Below are positions 53,401 through 62,054 of a stretch of DNA of 64,000 bases, one piece after another. The stretch is from NCBI GenBank assembly GCA_049513315.1, contig JBEKWG010000004.1, positions 52,244-116,243 of the forward strand, read 5' to 3'. How positions within the stretch are numbered: the first letter of the stretch is position 1; each line of letters begins with the position of its first letter. Below the pieces are notes generated by a model, which was given only the letters and a program-made list of their open reading frames with translations, did not search any database and had not been told where the DNA came from. The DNA is from Opitutaceae bacterium. Its GTDB lineage: Bacteria; Verrucomicrobiota; Verrucomicrobiia; Opitutales; Opitutaceae. A program made the position numbers and the translations under genes.

Positions 53401-53762
53401 GATTTCAACGCCTCGCCGGTGTACAAAACGCCCAGCGTCTCGTCGGAAATCACCTTCCCGCTGTCCCAGAGGTCGCCTTCGTCGCGTGTCAGCAGGTCCG
53501 GCGCGGTTGCCGCCAGCACCTGATACGCCGTCTGGACCTGGCCGCGTTCGGCGGATTGCAGCGTCCAGCCCAGCCGCGGGTGCGGTACGTCCACGCCGAG
53601 CGGATCGGCATCCTGTTCGCAGCGCAATGCCGCCACGCTACTCCCTCCCGTCCGGCCGCGAAAACAGCCGGCCGCCAGGACCGTCAGGACGACAAAGAGC
53701 ATGACGAGATTCCGCGAAACCCCTGTGCCACATCGGAAGGGGAGTCGCGGACGTAAGTTCAT
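50490..53762 (-). CDS. GH78 alpha-L-rhamnosidase with inserted F5/8 type C (discoidin/CBM32-like) domain, predicted lipoprotein
   Basis: 1090 aa from the ATG at 53762; an alternative ATG lies at 53792. Lipobox VLTVLAAGC. GH78 landmarks: RLGWTL, VQTAYQV, FWKVRVWD, GLGQYELTLNG, WTDY, MSVMTDCPHRERLGWLE, PEWGSA, and the C-terminal beta-sandwich. The discoidin-like insert lies at about 52794-53246 (RKWVQLDLGAPRTIDAVRLH...ARYVRLTATR). Confidence 0.85.
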   Translation of the reverse strand: MNLRPRLPFRCGTGVSRNLVMLFVVLTVLAAGCFRGRTGGSSVAALRCEQDADPLGVDVPHPRLGWTLQSAERGQVQTAYQVLAATAPDLLTRDEGDLWDSGKVISDETLGVLYTGEALKSSQEVFWKVRVWDRRGHASAWSAVATWTMGVLAPTGWSACWITDPELLHWQRPLLGYHSEETTDAETRKWVQLDLGAPRTIDAVRLHALRHTVNEALGFPRRFKLEASDDPAFYAYTLIADCGDKDYPNPWAVHIELPAQGVTARYVRLTATRLRVTEGQACLALSQIEVISGGRNIAVGAAVTASDSWERAPWAATALVDGLGAPGANPRANDTLLLRREFRVRPGLRRALAQVCGLGQYELTLNGVRASAGLLAPGWTDYEKTCLYDTLDVTALLHPGANAAGLALAGGMYNVQEGRFVKFVTPFRPLTALGQLRLEYADGTVETVVTDDRWRVAPGPVTFANMYGGEDYDARLEPRGWDSPGFDDRQWRRAVVFGGPGGTLRGHSHAAPPIRPYEIFKPVKVTDLRPGVTVCDLGQNAAVMLRLKLHGPAGAVVRIIPAELLAGDGSVDRGSCGGRGPAWWQYTLAGRGEENWFPQIFYHGCRYLQVECTAPAGQELPVVESLEGVVVQAAAPAAGEFACSNELFNRIHTLVRWAQRSNMMSVMTDCPHRERLGWLEQNHLNGPALRYEFDLARLMAKTVNDMADSQLDSGLVPDIAPEYIKFAEGFRDSPEWGSACVLIPWQQYEWTGDVELLRRSYARMRRYVAYLGGKATGHILSHGLGDWYDLGPNPPGYAQLTPIALTATAFYYYDAWILARVAALLGRRGEAGEYRELAGQIRAAFNQTFFDPAAGCYAKGSQCANAIPLVMNLVEPARRAGVLAAIVKDVRDRGNALTAGDVGYRYLLRALADGGRSEVVFDLNNQSDKPGYGYQLKHGATSLTEAWDASPRASQNHFMLGQINEWFYHDLAGIQGDPTGPGFKKIIIKPAVVGDLTWVKASYDSVRGRIVSAWQRAGAQFTLQVSIPANTTATIYVPTRNANTVREGRQTAGQSEGVRFLRMAGRCAVYEVDSGNYTFTAGLPVMKPAD

Positions 53763-53793
53763 TGTCGCCTTGGCTGTTCGCCTAGCTGCCATT

Positions 53794-56580
53794 CTACGCC
53801 GGGAGCTGACCACCAATAAGTGCGAGATTCTGCATGGCGGCAAGGCCCCATTGCGCGGCGTCGTTGGTGGAAACCCAGGCCGCCTCATCCACGGGATTGA
53901 GGACCGCCGGGCCTTCGAGGTGTTTGAGCTCGAGATTCGGTTTCATGAAGTTGCGGGCAAACTCGCTCCAGGCGCGTGCGGCCAGCACCGCATCGTGCTT
54001 CTTCCACGCGGCGTAGGCGGTGAGGCGCGAGTGCGCCTGCGGCAGGCCGGTGCCGCTCAGACGCGTGCCCAGCACCTTCTCCTGTTCGTCGCCGCCCGCA
54101 TTGTACAGCTCGCAGTATTGCAGCCAGGCGCGCTCGTACTCCGGCACATCGAGCGACTGCAGCATTTCCGCGTTGATCTCGACCGCGCCAAAAACCGCGT
54201 TGAGGTGCGAGACGCCGATCCGGTCGCCGGCGGGATAAAGGACGCCCGTGTCGGGATCGTAGCCCCAGCCGGACGTGAACCAGCCATGCGGCGCGGCGGC
54301 GATCGCCTTCAGGCCGGCGATCATCTTGTCGCGGTATTTGGTGTCGCCCGTGCGCTCCCATTCCGTGAACCAGGCCGCGCAGAACGAGCACCAGTCGGTG
54401 CCGAGGCTGACGCTGGCGGGATAGGGATTCTGGGTGCCACCGCGCCCCAGCTTCCGGCCCGGGCTGACCTCCTTGAGCTTGTAGTCGCAGTCGACAAGGG
54501 CGCGCATCAGGTCACCCACCCGCTCGTCGGCCGTGAGGTAGTAATAGAAGCGGCGGTAGATCGCGGTGCTGATGCGCACCTGCTTGGCGCTGCAGCCCCA
54601 ATGCTGCACGTTGTGGCGCGAGCCCAACCCGGCGAAGCGGCCGAGGTGATAAACGTCGACCTCTCCAGTGTGGCGCGTCATGGCCTCGGCAAAACGGAAG
54701 ATGTCGGCGCGACCGGAACGCAGGAAGGCATACCACAGCCAAAGGTCCGGCGAGAGTTCAGAATTGTCCCACGCAAATCCCCCCACGTCGTAGCGCCACA
54801 CATGGCGGTCGCGATCGTAGGTGTGCATGACGTCGCCGTAATTCCAGAAGCCGTACCAGTGGCGCTGCTCCACCTGCCTCCGGTAATAGTCGAACTGCCA
54901 GTCGAGGCGGTCCTCGATCGCAGCCTTCGCCGGCGTCGAGCGGTCGGGCAAATTCCAGAGTCCGCCAAAGACATTGGTCCCGGCAAGGTGAGCTGGGGCG
55001 CAGGTGAGCTGGGGCGGGGTGCGCACGACGCCGGCCAGCTCGATGATCCGCTCGCGCGACGGCGTGGTGGCTAGGGCCCAAAGGGTGATCTCGCTCGTGC
55101 GCGCGATGCCGTGGGGTGTGCCCCAACCCGGCTCGTAGTCCTCGTAGGTGATATCAAGCCCGCCGTCGGTCTGCTTTTCGTAGGTCTCCATGCCCATCAC
55201 GTCGTGATAGAACCGGAGGTCCATCGCCGGCGCCTCGGGCGACCATAGCCACACGGTCACCTCGGCCGCGTCGGTATGCGCGCCGCGGATGTCAAGCTGG
55301 GTGGGATGGCGCTGCCAGAAATCGCGCAGGCCGAAGACCACACCGCCGCCCGCGGCGCCGCCAACGTAGCCGACGCCCGCCGCGCGTCCGCCCTGGTCGA
55401 CGCCGACCCAGCCGAAGCCGGGCTGGGTGCGCTTGCGGATTTCAAAGGCGCTGGCCGCCGACTGGAACAGCGTGTAATCGCCCCACGCCGGGATGTACTG
55501 GAGGCGCGAGCTGACCTGCCCATTGTCGGTCCAGGCGCTGACGGGCGGACACGCCCGGCCCGCGAGCTGGGCCTGCTTGACGGCCTCGCCCGGGTCGCGG
55601 CGCAGGCCGGTGAGTCCGCGCACGGCCTCGGCCAGCAGACCACCGCCTTCGCCGACGAAACGCACGTGGCGATCATAAAGCTGGTCGCTCATCGGCACGC
55701 TGAAACGTACGCCCAAGCCGCGGATAAAATCCTTCTGCTCATCGCCGTCGAAGACGAAGGAGTGCATCAGCCGCACCGCGTCGCCCCCGGCGTAAAAGTA
55801 GAGGCGGACGCTGAACGGCAGCCAGGCGCGCCCGGCGCCCCGTTCGACGGATTCGACAGGCTCACCGCGGGCAGGCTCAGGGCCCACGGCCTGGTGCCTG
55901 CCCTCGATCTTCACGACTGCGCGGACCGGACCGCGCTGCTCGACGGTGACCGAACCAATTTCGCTGACAAACGACTCGGTCTTCACGATCGCGGCGCCCT
56001 CGGCAAGGCGGTCGTCGCACAACCCGACCAGCCGGCCGTCGCGCGCGATCTCCCGCCCGTCGCGGACGATCGACGCAATCAGGATCGCGCCTTTTTTCGG
56101 CACCTTGCAGAGGATCACACCCGTGTCGACCTCGACGCCATCAGCCGTCTCGCTCACCCGCACCGGTTTGGCCGGCGCCGCCGGGATGCCAGGGGCGAGA
56201 ATCAATTTGTCCGTCTTGCCGGCATCCGCCCCAACGGCGTGGGCGGTCCACTTGAGCGAGCCGTCCGGCCACCAGGCCAACGGCCAGCTCTGCACGGGCA
56301 CGGCCTCGCCGGCGACCGTGCCCAGCGCAAAGGTCGTGTCCCTAGTGTATTGGCCCCGCGGCCACGGCACACCCCACGTGGCGCCATTCGCCACCGCCGG
56401 CACCTGGCCTTCGAGCCAGTGCAGCTCGGCTCCGTCGCCGAGCACGACCCGTCCGGCGGGTGCGGCGCCGGGAGCCGGGGCCTCGTTCGCGGCGCGCAGG
56501 ACCGCGGGCAGATTCAGCGCGGCGGTGGCCAGCGCGGTGTTCTTTACGAATTCACGACGGGAGAGCGGAACGGGCTTCAT
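53794..56580 (-). CDS. Tat-exported 928-aa protein; tentatively exo-rhamnogalacturonan-lyase (PL26)/YetA-like, function unproven
   Basis: ATG at 56580. Tat motif: MKPVPLSRREFVKNTALATAALNLPAVLRA. The conserved-looking core is HWYGFWNYGDVMHTYDRDRHVWRYDVGGFAWDNSE...HTGEVDVYH...GSRHNVQHWG. The family call rests on recollection of naming for similar proteins, not on an alignment. Confidence 0.75.
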   Translation of the reverse strand: MKPVPLSRREFVKNTALATAALNLPAVLRAANEAPAPGAAPAGRVVLGDGAELHWLEGQVPAVANGATWGVPWPRGQYTRDTTFALGTVAGEAVPVQSWPLAWWPDGSLKWTAHAVGADAGKTDKLILAPGIPAAPAKPVRVSETADGVEVDTGVILCKVPKKGAILIASIVRDGREIARDGRLVGLCDDRLAEGAAIVKTESFVSEIGSVTVEQRGPVRAVVKIEGRHQAVGPEPARGEPVESVERGAGRAWLPFSVRLYFYAGGDAVRLMHSFVFDGDEQKDFIRGLGVRFSVPMSDQLYDRHVRFVGEGGGLLAEAVRGLTGLRRDPGEAVKQAQLAGRACPPVSAWTDNGQVSSRLQYIPAWGDYTLFQSAASAFEIRKRTQPGFGWVGVDQGGRAAGVGYVGGAAGGGVVFGLRDFWQRHPTQLDIRGAHTDAAEVTVWLWSPEAPAMDLRFYHDVMGMETYEKQTDGGLDITYEDYEPGWGTPHGIARTSEITLWALATTPSRERIIELAGVVRTPPQLTCAPAHLAGTNVFGGLWNLPDRSTPAKAAIEDRLDWQFDYYRRQVEQRHWYGFWNYGDVMHTYDRDRHVWRYDVGGFAWDNSELSPDLWLWYAFLRSGRADIFRFAEAMTRHTGEVDVYHLGRFAGLGSRHNVQHWGCSAKQVRISTAIYRRFYYYLTADERVGDLMRALVDCDYKLKEVSPGRKLGRGGTQNPYPASVSLGTDWCSFCAAWFTEWERTGDTKYRDKMIAGLKAIAAAPHGWFTSGWGYDPDTGVLYPAGDRIGVSHLNAVFGAVEINAEMLQSLDVPEYERAWLQYCELYNAGGDEQEKVLGTRLSGTGLPQAHSRLTAYAAWKKHDAVLAARAWSEFARNFMKPNLELKHLEGPAVLNPVDEAAWVSTNDAAQWGLAAMQNLALIGGQLPA

Positions 56581-56757
56581 GGGAATGGGGAGGCTGAAGT
56601 TTGGAGCGCAATGCGGCGGTCCCGCCACTGGTTGCGGGATTCATCAATGACGACGCGCTCCGTCTGTCGGTATCGCCGGGAACGGGATAATGACGATCGA
56701 GCCGCGCCGCGGCGGCTTGAACAGGCAGGGATGTCTTCGACGGGGGCGTGCGAATAG

Positions 56758-57072
56758 CTAATCCAGATGGAAGACTTCGACAAGGTCCTTGGACACGGGA
56801 CTATTGTCCGGATGGCTCGGCATGATGTCGCGCATGTGCTTCCACCAGCGCTTGCAGACCTCGGTCTGGGCAATGGCGTTCCAGCGCGCCTCGTCCTCGA
56901 TCTCGACATAGCCAAAGAGCTGGCGCGTGGCGGGATCGAGATAGATGGAATAATCATGGACGCCATGGGCCTTGAGCACCGTGGCGAGTTCAGCCCAGAT
57001 GGGCTGGTGGCGGCGGGCGTATTCTTTCTCCTGCCCGGGGTTGACACTCATCAAGACAGCTTTGCGGATCAT
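56758..57072 (-). CDS. rhaM: L-rhamnose mutarotase
   Basis: 104 aa from the ATG at 57072. [46 protein letters not shown]...[46 protein letters not shown] is near-collinear with E. coli RhaM (YiiL), which is also 104 aa. Confidence 0.92.
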   Translation of the reverse strand: MIRKAVLMSVNPGQEKEYARRHQPIWAELATVLKAHGVHDYSIYLDPATRQLFGYVEIEDEARWNAIAQTEVCKRWWKHMRDIMPSHPDNSPVSKDLVEVFHLD

Positions 57073-57177
57073 AGGGAGGGAGGGGTTTAGGTCGGAGGTG
57101 GATTGGGTTGATGACACTCTGCAGGCTGGCATGCCCTCGTCTTTTTACCCGAATGCGGCAGGGCCTGCCGGGCTAAT

Positions 57178-59208
57178 TTACACACCGGCGGTCAAGCGCA
57201 ACAGGAACCAGAACAGGGCGATGATCAAGCCCGACACGCCGAGGCAGGCGACGAAACCGACCGTGTCGACCTTGTCCCACTTCGTCCATTCCCACGAGGA
57301 ACGCGGGAAGAGCTTGGTGTGGTCGAAGCGGCGGGGATTGCGCCGCGTCTCCTCCATGGCGGCCGTCTCGAGCTCGGGTGTGGCGCCGACCGGTGTCTTC
57401 ATCTTGCCGAAGAACCAGTCCACCTTCTCCCGCGGTGGCGGGCGGGTGAGGAGGCTGACAATGGCAAGCACCACAAAGGGGAAAATCCCATCGAAGAAGA
57501 ACTGCACCGCCAGGAGGTCGCGGGCCGTCATGTGGCCGAGGTTCAGGCCGGCCTTGCTCAGCACCCAAGCCTCGAGGTTGAAGCGCCCCTCGCCGACGCG
57601 CGGGCTCGTGAGGTCGGCGGGGTTCTGGTACACCACCCGGTCGAAGAACATCGGCACCGGTTGCACCTTGGCTGGCTGGGTGAACGCCACGAACTCCGGC
57701 TTCATGCTCAGGGCCGGCACATATTGCACGAGGAAGGGCGCGACGATGAAGACCAGCGCCGTGAACAGCACGCACCACCACACGGCCGCGCGGGACAGCC
57801 GCCGCCAGAAGAACATCAGCACGATCGCCGCCCCCCACGGCACGTTCACCGTCAGCTGGAGCCGGATGAAGGTCACGATGTCATTCATCGTCAGCGCCCA
57901 CAGCATGCCCAGCACGAGCACGACTGCGATGGTGAGGCGCCCGACCTTGACGCCCTGCTTGTCCGTGCGGCCGGGCGCGAGGTAGCTGTAGACGTTGCGG
58001 ACGAACAGGGCGGACGAAGCCATGGAATTGGTGGCGATGTTGGACATCATCGCCGCCAGCAGGCCGGCGAGCATCAAACCGAATATGCCCGGCCCCAGCA
58101 ATTGCCGCGAGAGTTGGCCCCACACCAGGTCCGGATCGGCCAGCCGCTTGTCGCCAAAATAGAGGCCGGCGCCGATCAACCCGACGAAGGTCCACATCAT
58201 GATCATGAGCCGCTTGGCGTAGGTGCCGGAGACGGCGCCAAACCGCGCCGCATACTCATTCTTCGCCGAGCCACTCACGCCCATGTTTCCCTGGATGCCG
58301 TTGATCTGGATGATACTGACCAGCAAGATCGCCAGCAGCGCATACCAGCTGACCCCCTCGGTCCCGGGGGAGCCGAGCAGTTGCAGCATCTCCCGCGGCA
58401 CATGTTGGCGCAGCTGCGCCGCGCCGCCCAGAGCCGAGAAGCCGAAAGGAATCAGGATGATTGAGAAGGTGACGATGAGCAGTCCTTGGAAGATCTCATT
58501 GCGCGCGGTGCCGGTCATGCCCCCCATCCACAGGTAGAAACTGACCACGAGGGTGAAGGCGGCATAGAACATCCAAGGCTTGATGTACGAGACGTAGGAG
58601 TGCAGCTGCTTGCGCACATAGAGGTCGCTCAGCTTGGCGAACTCCACCCGCTGTTCGGGAGCCAGGGTGCCGGCTTGAGACAAGGGCTCCAATTTGCGGT
58701 ACTCGCGGTACATCTCCACGTAGCGCCGTTCCTCGGTGGTCCAAGCCGACTCGGGTTTGGGCAGGAGCGACGCGGTGACGTTGTAGCCCACGAGATTGCC
58801 CCAGCCGATGAACAGGATCACGTAGCTGACCTGGTAGAGGGCGTAGATCTTCGCCAGGTTGTTGCTGCCCAGGCGCTCTTCAAACAGCTCCGCCACCGTC
58901 ACCAGGCGCACCCGGCGAAACCACATGTTCATGAACCAATAGTAGGGGTTCATGAAGATCGTCTGGAAAGCGAGCCACACCCCGGAGGCGCCCTGCTGGT
59001 AGACCAGCGTCGCCGTGCTCACCGCGCCGTTGGCGTCGGTGGCGTTGCCGAAGTTGAGGAAGAACTGGTACAGCTTGCCGAGTTTGCGGCCGGCCAAAAA
59101 GAACCCCTCCTCGCTTCCCGTCGTGTGGGACGACCGCTTGCCCAAATACAGAATGCCGACGAGGTAAGCCGCGATCACCACGAGATCGATAATGTGGATT
59201 CCACTCAT
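57178..59208 (-). CDS. Sodium:solute symporter (SSS) family transporter, long form (676 aa)
   Basis: ATG at 59208 (MSGIHIIDLVVIAAYLVGILYLGKR...FFLAGRKLG). Many transmembrane segments throughout. It lies directly upstream of rhaM and is divergent from the LacI-family gene. Confidence 0.85.
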   Translation of the reverse strand: MSGIHIIDLVVIAAYLVGILYLGKRSSHTTGSEEGFFLAGRKLGKLYQFFLNFGNATDANGAVSTATLVYQQGASGVWLAFQTIFMNPYYWFMNMWFRRVRLVTVAELFEERLGSNNLAKIYALYQVSYVILFIGWGNLVGYNVTASLLPKPESAWTTEERRYVEMYREYRKLEPLSQAGTLAPEQRVEFAKLSDLYVRKQLHSYVSYIKPWMFYAAFTLVVSFYLWMGGMTGTARNEIFQGLLIVTFSIILIPFGFSALGGAAQLRQHVPREMLQLLGSPGTEGVSWYALLAILLVSIIQINGIQGNMGVSGSAKNEYAARFGAVSGTYAKRLMIMMWTFVGLIGAGLYFGDKRLADPDLVWGQLSRQLLGPGIFGLMLAGLLAAMMSNIATNSMASSALFVRNVYSYLAPGRTDKQGVKVGRLTIAVVLVLGMLWALTMNDIVTFIRLQLTVNVPWGAAIVLMFFWRRLSRAAVWWCVLFTALVFIVAPFLVQYVPALSMKPEFVAFTQPAKVQPVPMFFDRVVYQNPADLTSPRVGEGRFNLEAWVLSKAGLNLGHMTARDLLAVQFFFDGIFPFVVLAIVSLLTRPPPREKVDWFFGKMKTPVGATPELETAAMEETRRNPRRFDHTKLFPRSSWEWTKWDKVDTVGFVACLGVSGLIIALFWFLLRLTAGV

Positions 59209-59503
59209 AGGTGCCTTGACATTGGTCCGGCCCCATCCTCCGCCGGTGGGAACCACAACGCGGCAAACGAGGACGGGGCCTTCATGGTTTTTTAGGGGGT
59301 AAAAATCTGATCTCTACGATCTCTGGTCCGGCACCAGTGGGGCGACCGGCATTCAGGCAACAGGAGCCAATGGTGACCATCTCATAATTCAAAGCGTGGG
59401 ATGGAAGTTGGGGACGGTCTCCAGCGGGGTGAATGGAAACCACTACCCTGAAACAGGGCTTGCCAAAAGCCGCGATCCGCCAAGCATCTGACAGTAAGAC
59501 TCC
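59209..59503. promoter_or_regulatory. Divergent intergenic control region (SSS-rhaM operon and LacI-family gene)
   Basis: 295-nt gap between divergent starts. It contains a tandem 9-mer element (59298-59327) and an 11-bp palindrome ATGGTGACCAT (59370-59380). No operator could be assigned with confidence. Confidence 0.45.
59298..59327. repeat. Tandem 9-mer element (minus strand: ACC AGAGATCGT AGAGATCAG ATTTTTACC)
   Basis: Same architecture as 3066-3100: ACCA, a two-unit direct repeat, then GATTTTT. The repeat unit itself differs. Confidence 0.5.
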
Positions 59504-60547
59504 ATGCGCCCCAACCCCTCCCTGCGAGAGCTCGCCCGCTCGCTTGGCCTTTCCCACACCACCGTCTCGGAAGCGCTGCGGAACAGCCCCCGCGTGAAAG
59601 CCGCAACGCGCGAGCGGGTGCTCAAGGCCGCCCGCGAAGTCGGCTACCGCCACAATCCGCTCGCCGGAGCGCTCATGTCCGAGATGCGGCGCTCCCGCTC
59701 CGGCACCTTCCGCGGCGTGATCGCCGTGATCGACCTCGACAGCCCCAACCGGCGGCCCGCGAACGCGGCGCCCTTTCACCGCGAACTGACCCGCGGCGCG
59801 GGCGAACGCGCCGTCGAGCTGGGTTTCAAGATCGAGCCCTTTGTCATCGGTCAAAATGACATCTCCATCACGCGGCTCGACGCCATCCTGCAATCGCGCG
59901 GCATTCACGGCGTGTTCCTGTTGCCCGCCAGCGAGAGCCCGGACCTGTCGCAGCTGGACTGGACGCGCTATGCGGGCGTGTATGCCGATTACATCATCGA
60001 GCATCCGGCGCTGCACTCGGTGTGCTCCGATCATTACCGCTCGATGATGACGACCCTCCAGCGGCTGCACGCGCTCGGCTATCGGCGTCCCGGGCTGGTG
60101 CTCACCCAGCACCATGACGAACGGCTGCTCTACCGCTGGGAGGCGGCCTTCCAGGTCTATCACAACCATCACGACGTCTTCTCCTGGCTGCCGCCCTTGA
60201 TCGTTCCGGAGATCACCCGGTCGAATTTCGTCCCTTGGTTTGAAAGCGCCAAGCCCGACGTGGTGCTCTGTCATCGCGCCGAGGCGATTGAATGGATGCA
60301 GTCCTGCGGCGCCAGCGTGCCGCGCACCCACGGTTTCTGCTGTCTTAACATCATGGTGAACGTGGTGCCTTGCGCCGGTCTCGATCTGCAGCCGTGGCTG
60401 CTGGGCGTGCGGGGCGTCGAACTGCTGATCGCCCAGATCCACCGCAACGAGTACGGAGTGCCGGAGATCCCCTCGACCACGACGATTCCTGCGGCGTGGG
60501 TCGACGGCCCCACCCTGCGTCACAGTCCGGCCGATTCCTCGCCTTAA
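59504..60547 (+). CDS. LacI-family transcriptional regulator
   Basis: 347 aa. N-terminal HTH LRELARSLGLSHTTVSEALRNSPRVKAATRERVLKAAREVGYRHNP, followed by a periplasmic-binding-protein-like sugar-binding fold. Confidence 0.88.
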   Translation: MRPNPSLRELARSLGLSHTTVSEALRNSPRVKAATRERVLKAAREVGYRHNPLAGALMSEMRRSRSGTFRGVIAVIDLDSPNRRPANAAPFHRELTRGAGERAVELGFKIEPFVIGQNDISITRLDAILQSRGIHGVFLLPASESPDLSQLDWTRYAGVYADYIIEHPALHSVCSDHYRSMMTTLQRLHALGYRRPGLVLTQHHDERLLYRWEAAFQVYHNHHDVFSWLPPLIVPEITRSNFVPWFESAKPDVVLCHRAEAIEWMQSCGASVPRTHGFCCLNIMVNVVPCAGLDLQPWLLGVRGVELLIAQIHRNEYGVPEIPSTTTIPAAWVDGPTLRHSPADSSP

Positions 60548-60604
60548 CCGGTCGCGGGCTTCGCGCCCATCCTCGCGCCATCGTTTCACCCACCCTGCCG
60601 CGCC

Positions 60605-62017
60605 ATGAAATTCATCCGTCTGCCCGCATCGGCGGCTTTTTGCGCCGGTCTTCTTGGTGGCATGATCGCAACCTCCCTGCGCCTCTCCGCCGCTGACCAT
60701 CAGCCCGTGCCGCCTCCGGCCGATGCCGCCCGGGAGCAGCGCCTCGCTTGGTTTCACGAGGCGAAGTTCGGCCTCTTCATTCACTGGGGCCTTTACGCCA
60801 TTCCCGCCGGCGAGTGGAAGGGCCGGCCCGTGGCCGGCATCGGCGAGTGGATCATGAACCGCGCCCAGATCCCCGTGCGCGAATACGAGCAGCTCGCCGC
60901 GCGGTTCAACCCGGTGAAGTTCGACGCCGACGCCTGGGTGCGGGTCGCCCAGGACGCCGGCATGCAATACCTGGTCATCACCTCGAAGCACCACGACGGC
61001 TTCGCGCTCTTCGAGTCAAAGGTCAGCTCCTACAATGTCGTCGACGCCACGCCGTTCCATCGCGACGTGCTCAAGGAGCTCGCCCGGGCCTGCGAGCGCC
61101 GCAATCTGCGCCTCGGCTTCTACTATTCCCAGGCGCAGGACTGGCACGAGCCCAACGGCGCCGGCAACACCTGGGATTTCGGCCCCGACGACAAAAAGGA
61201 TTTCGACCAGTATCTCCGCGCCAAGGCCGAACCGCAGGTGCGCGAGCTGCTGTCCAACTACGGTCCGGTCTGCCTCCTGTGGTTCGACACGCCGCGCATG
61301 ATGAACGTCGGCGACCGCGCCCAGCGCTTTGCCGCCCTCGTGCGCACGCTCCAGCTCGACTGCCTGATCGACGGCCGGCTGGGTGCCGAGGGCGACTACC
61401 AGAGCACCGGCGACAACGCCATCCCCGACCAGCCGATGGCCGGCGCCTGGGAGACGCCCGCGACCATCAACCATACGTGGGGATTCAAGCAGGATGACGA
61501 CGACTGGAAGTCGCCCGGCGAAATCATTTTCAAGCTCACCGACATCGTGAGCAAGGGCGGCAACTACCTGCTCAACGTCGGTCCCACCGCCGAGGGCGTC
61601 ATCCCGGAGCGCTGCGTGGAGATCCTCCGCGCCGTGGGCCGCTGGCTGAAGGTCAACGGCGACGCGATCTACGGCACCGGCCGCACACCCTTCGGGGAGG
61701 AACTCGGCGACTACGCCGCCAACCTGCGCGATGGCGCGGGCAAACCCGTCTTCCTCGCCCGTAACGACTGGCGCTGCACGACGAAACCCGGGAAGCTCTA
61801 CTTCATCCTCTTCAAGTGGCAGCGCGACAACTTCGCGCTGCCGCACTTCAAGAATCCTGTCACGCGCGCCTACCTGCTCGCCGATTTGGAACGCCAGCCC
61901 CTCGAACTGCGGACCGCCAAGGACGGCGCAGTGCTGGTGGCAATCCCCCGCACCCAGCCCAATCCGGTTGCGAATGTGATCTGCGTCGAGATCGAGGGCG
62001 ACAAAGTCGAACGGTAG
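60605..62017 (+). CDS. GH29 alpha-L-fucosidase, secreted
   Basis: 470 aa with a signal peptide (MKFIRLPASAAFCAGLLGGMIATSLRLSAAD). Motifs: WFHEAKFGLFIHWGLYAIPAGEW, YLVITSKHHDGFALFES, LWFDTP, NYLLNVGP. Confidence 0.9.
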   Translation: MKFIRLPASAAFCAGLLGGMIATSLRLSAADHQPVPPPADAAREQRLAWFHEAKFGLFIHWGLYAIPAGEWKGRPVAGIGEWIMNRAQIPVREYEQLAARFNPVKFDADAWVRVAQDAGMQYLVITSKHHDGFALFESKVSSYNVVDATPFHRDVLKELARACERRNLRLGFYYSQAQDWHEPNGAGNTWDFGPDDKKDFDQYLRAKAEPQVRELLSNYGPVCLLWFDTPRMMNVGDRAQRFAALVRTLQLDCLIDGRLGAEGDYQSTGDNAIPDQPMAGAWETPATINHTWGFKQDDDDWKSPGEIIFKLTDIVSKGGNYLLNVGPTAEGVIPERCVEILRAVGRWLKVNGDAIYGTGRTPFGEELGDYAANLRDGAGKPVFLARNDWRCTTKPGKLYFILFKWQRDNFALPHFKNPVTRAYLLADLERQPLELRTAKDGAVLVAIPRTQPNPVANVICVEIEGDKVER

Positions 62018-62054
62018 AATCTGCTGCTGCCGTCAGGCTTCAGCCGTTCAGCCG

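Noticed and set aside
59370-59380. ATGGTGACCAT palindrome as the LacI-family operator
   Set aside because: It is only 11 bp and lacks the usual 14-20-bp CG-centred LacI-type symmetry. I found no second copy upstream of the other operons in the window. It is kept only as a note in the control-region finding.
59282-60994. 570-aa minus-strand ORF spanning the LacI-family gene and the GH29 start
   Set aside because: It is antisense to two genes with clear family motifs (a LacI HTH and the GH29 HWGLY/SKHHDGF motifs). Gly/Arg/Val-rich, with no motif.
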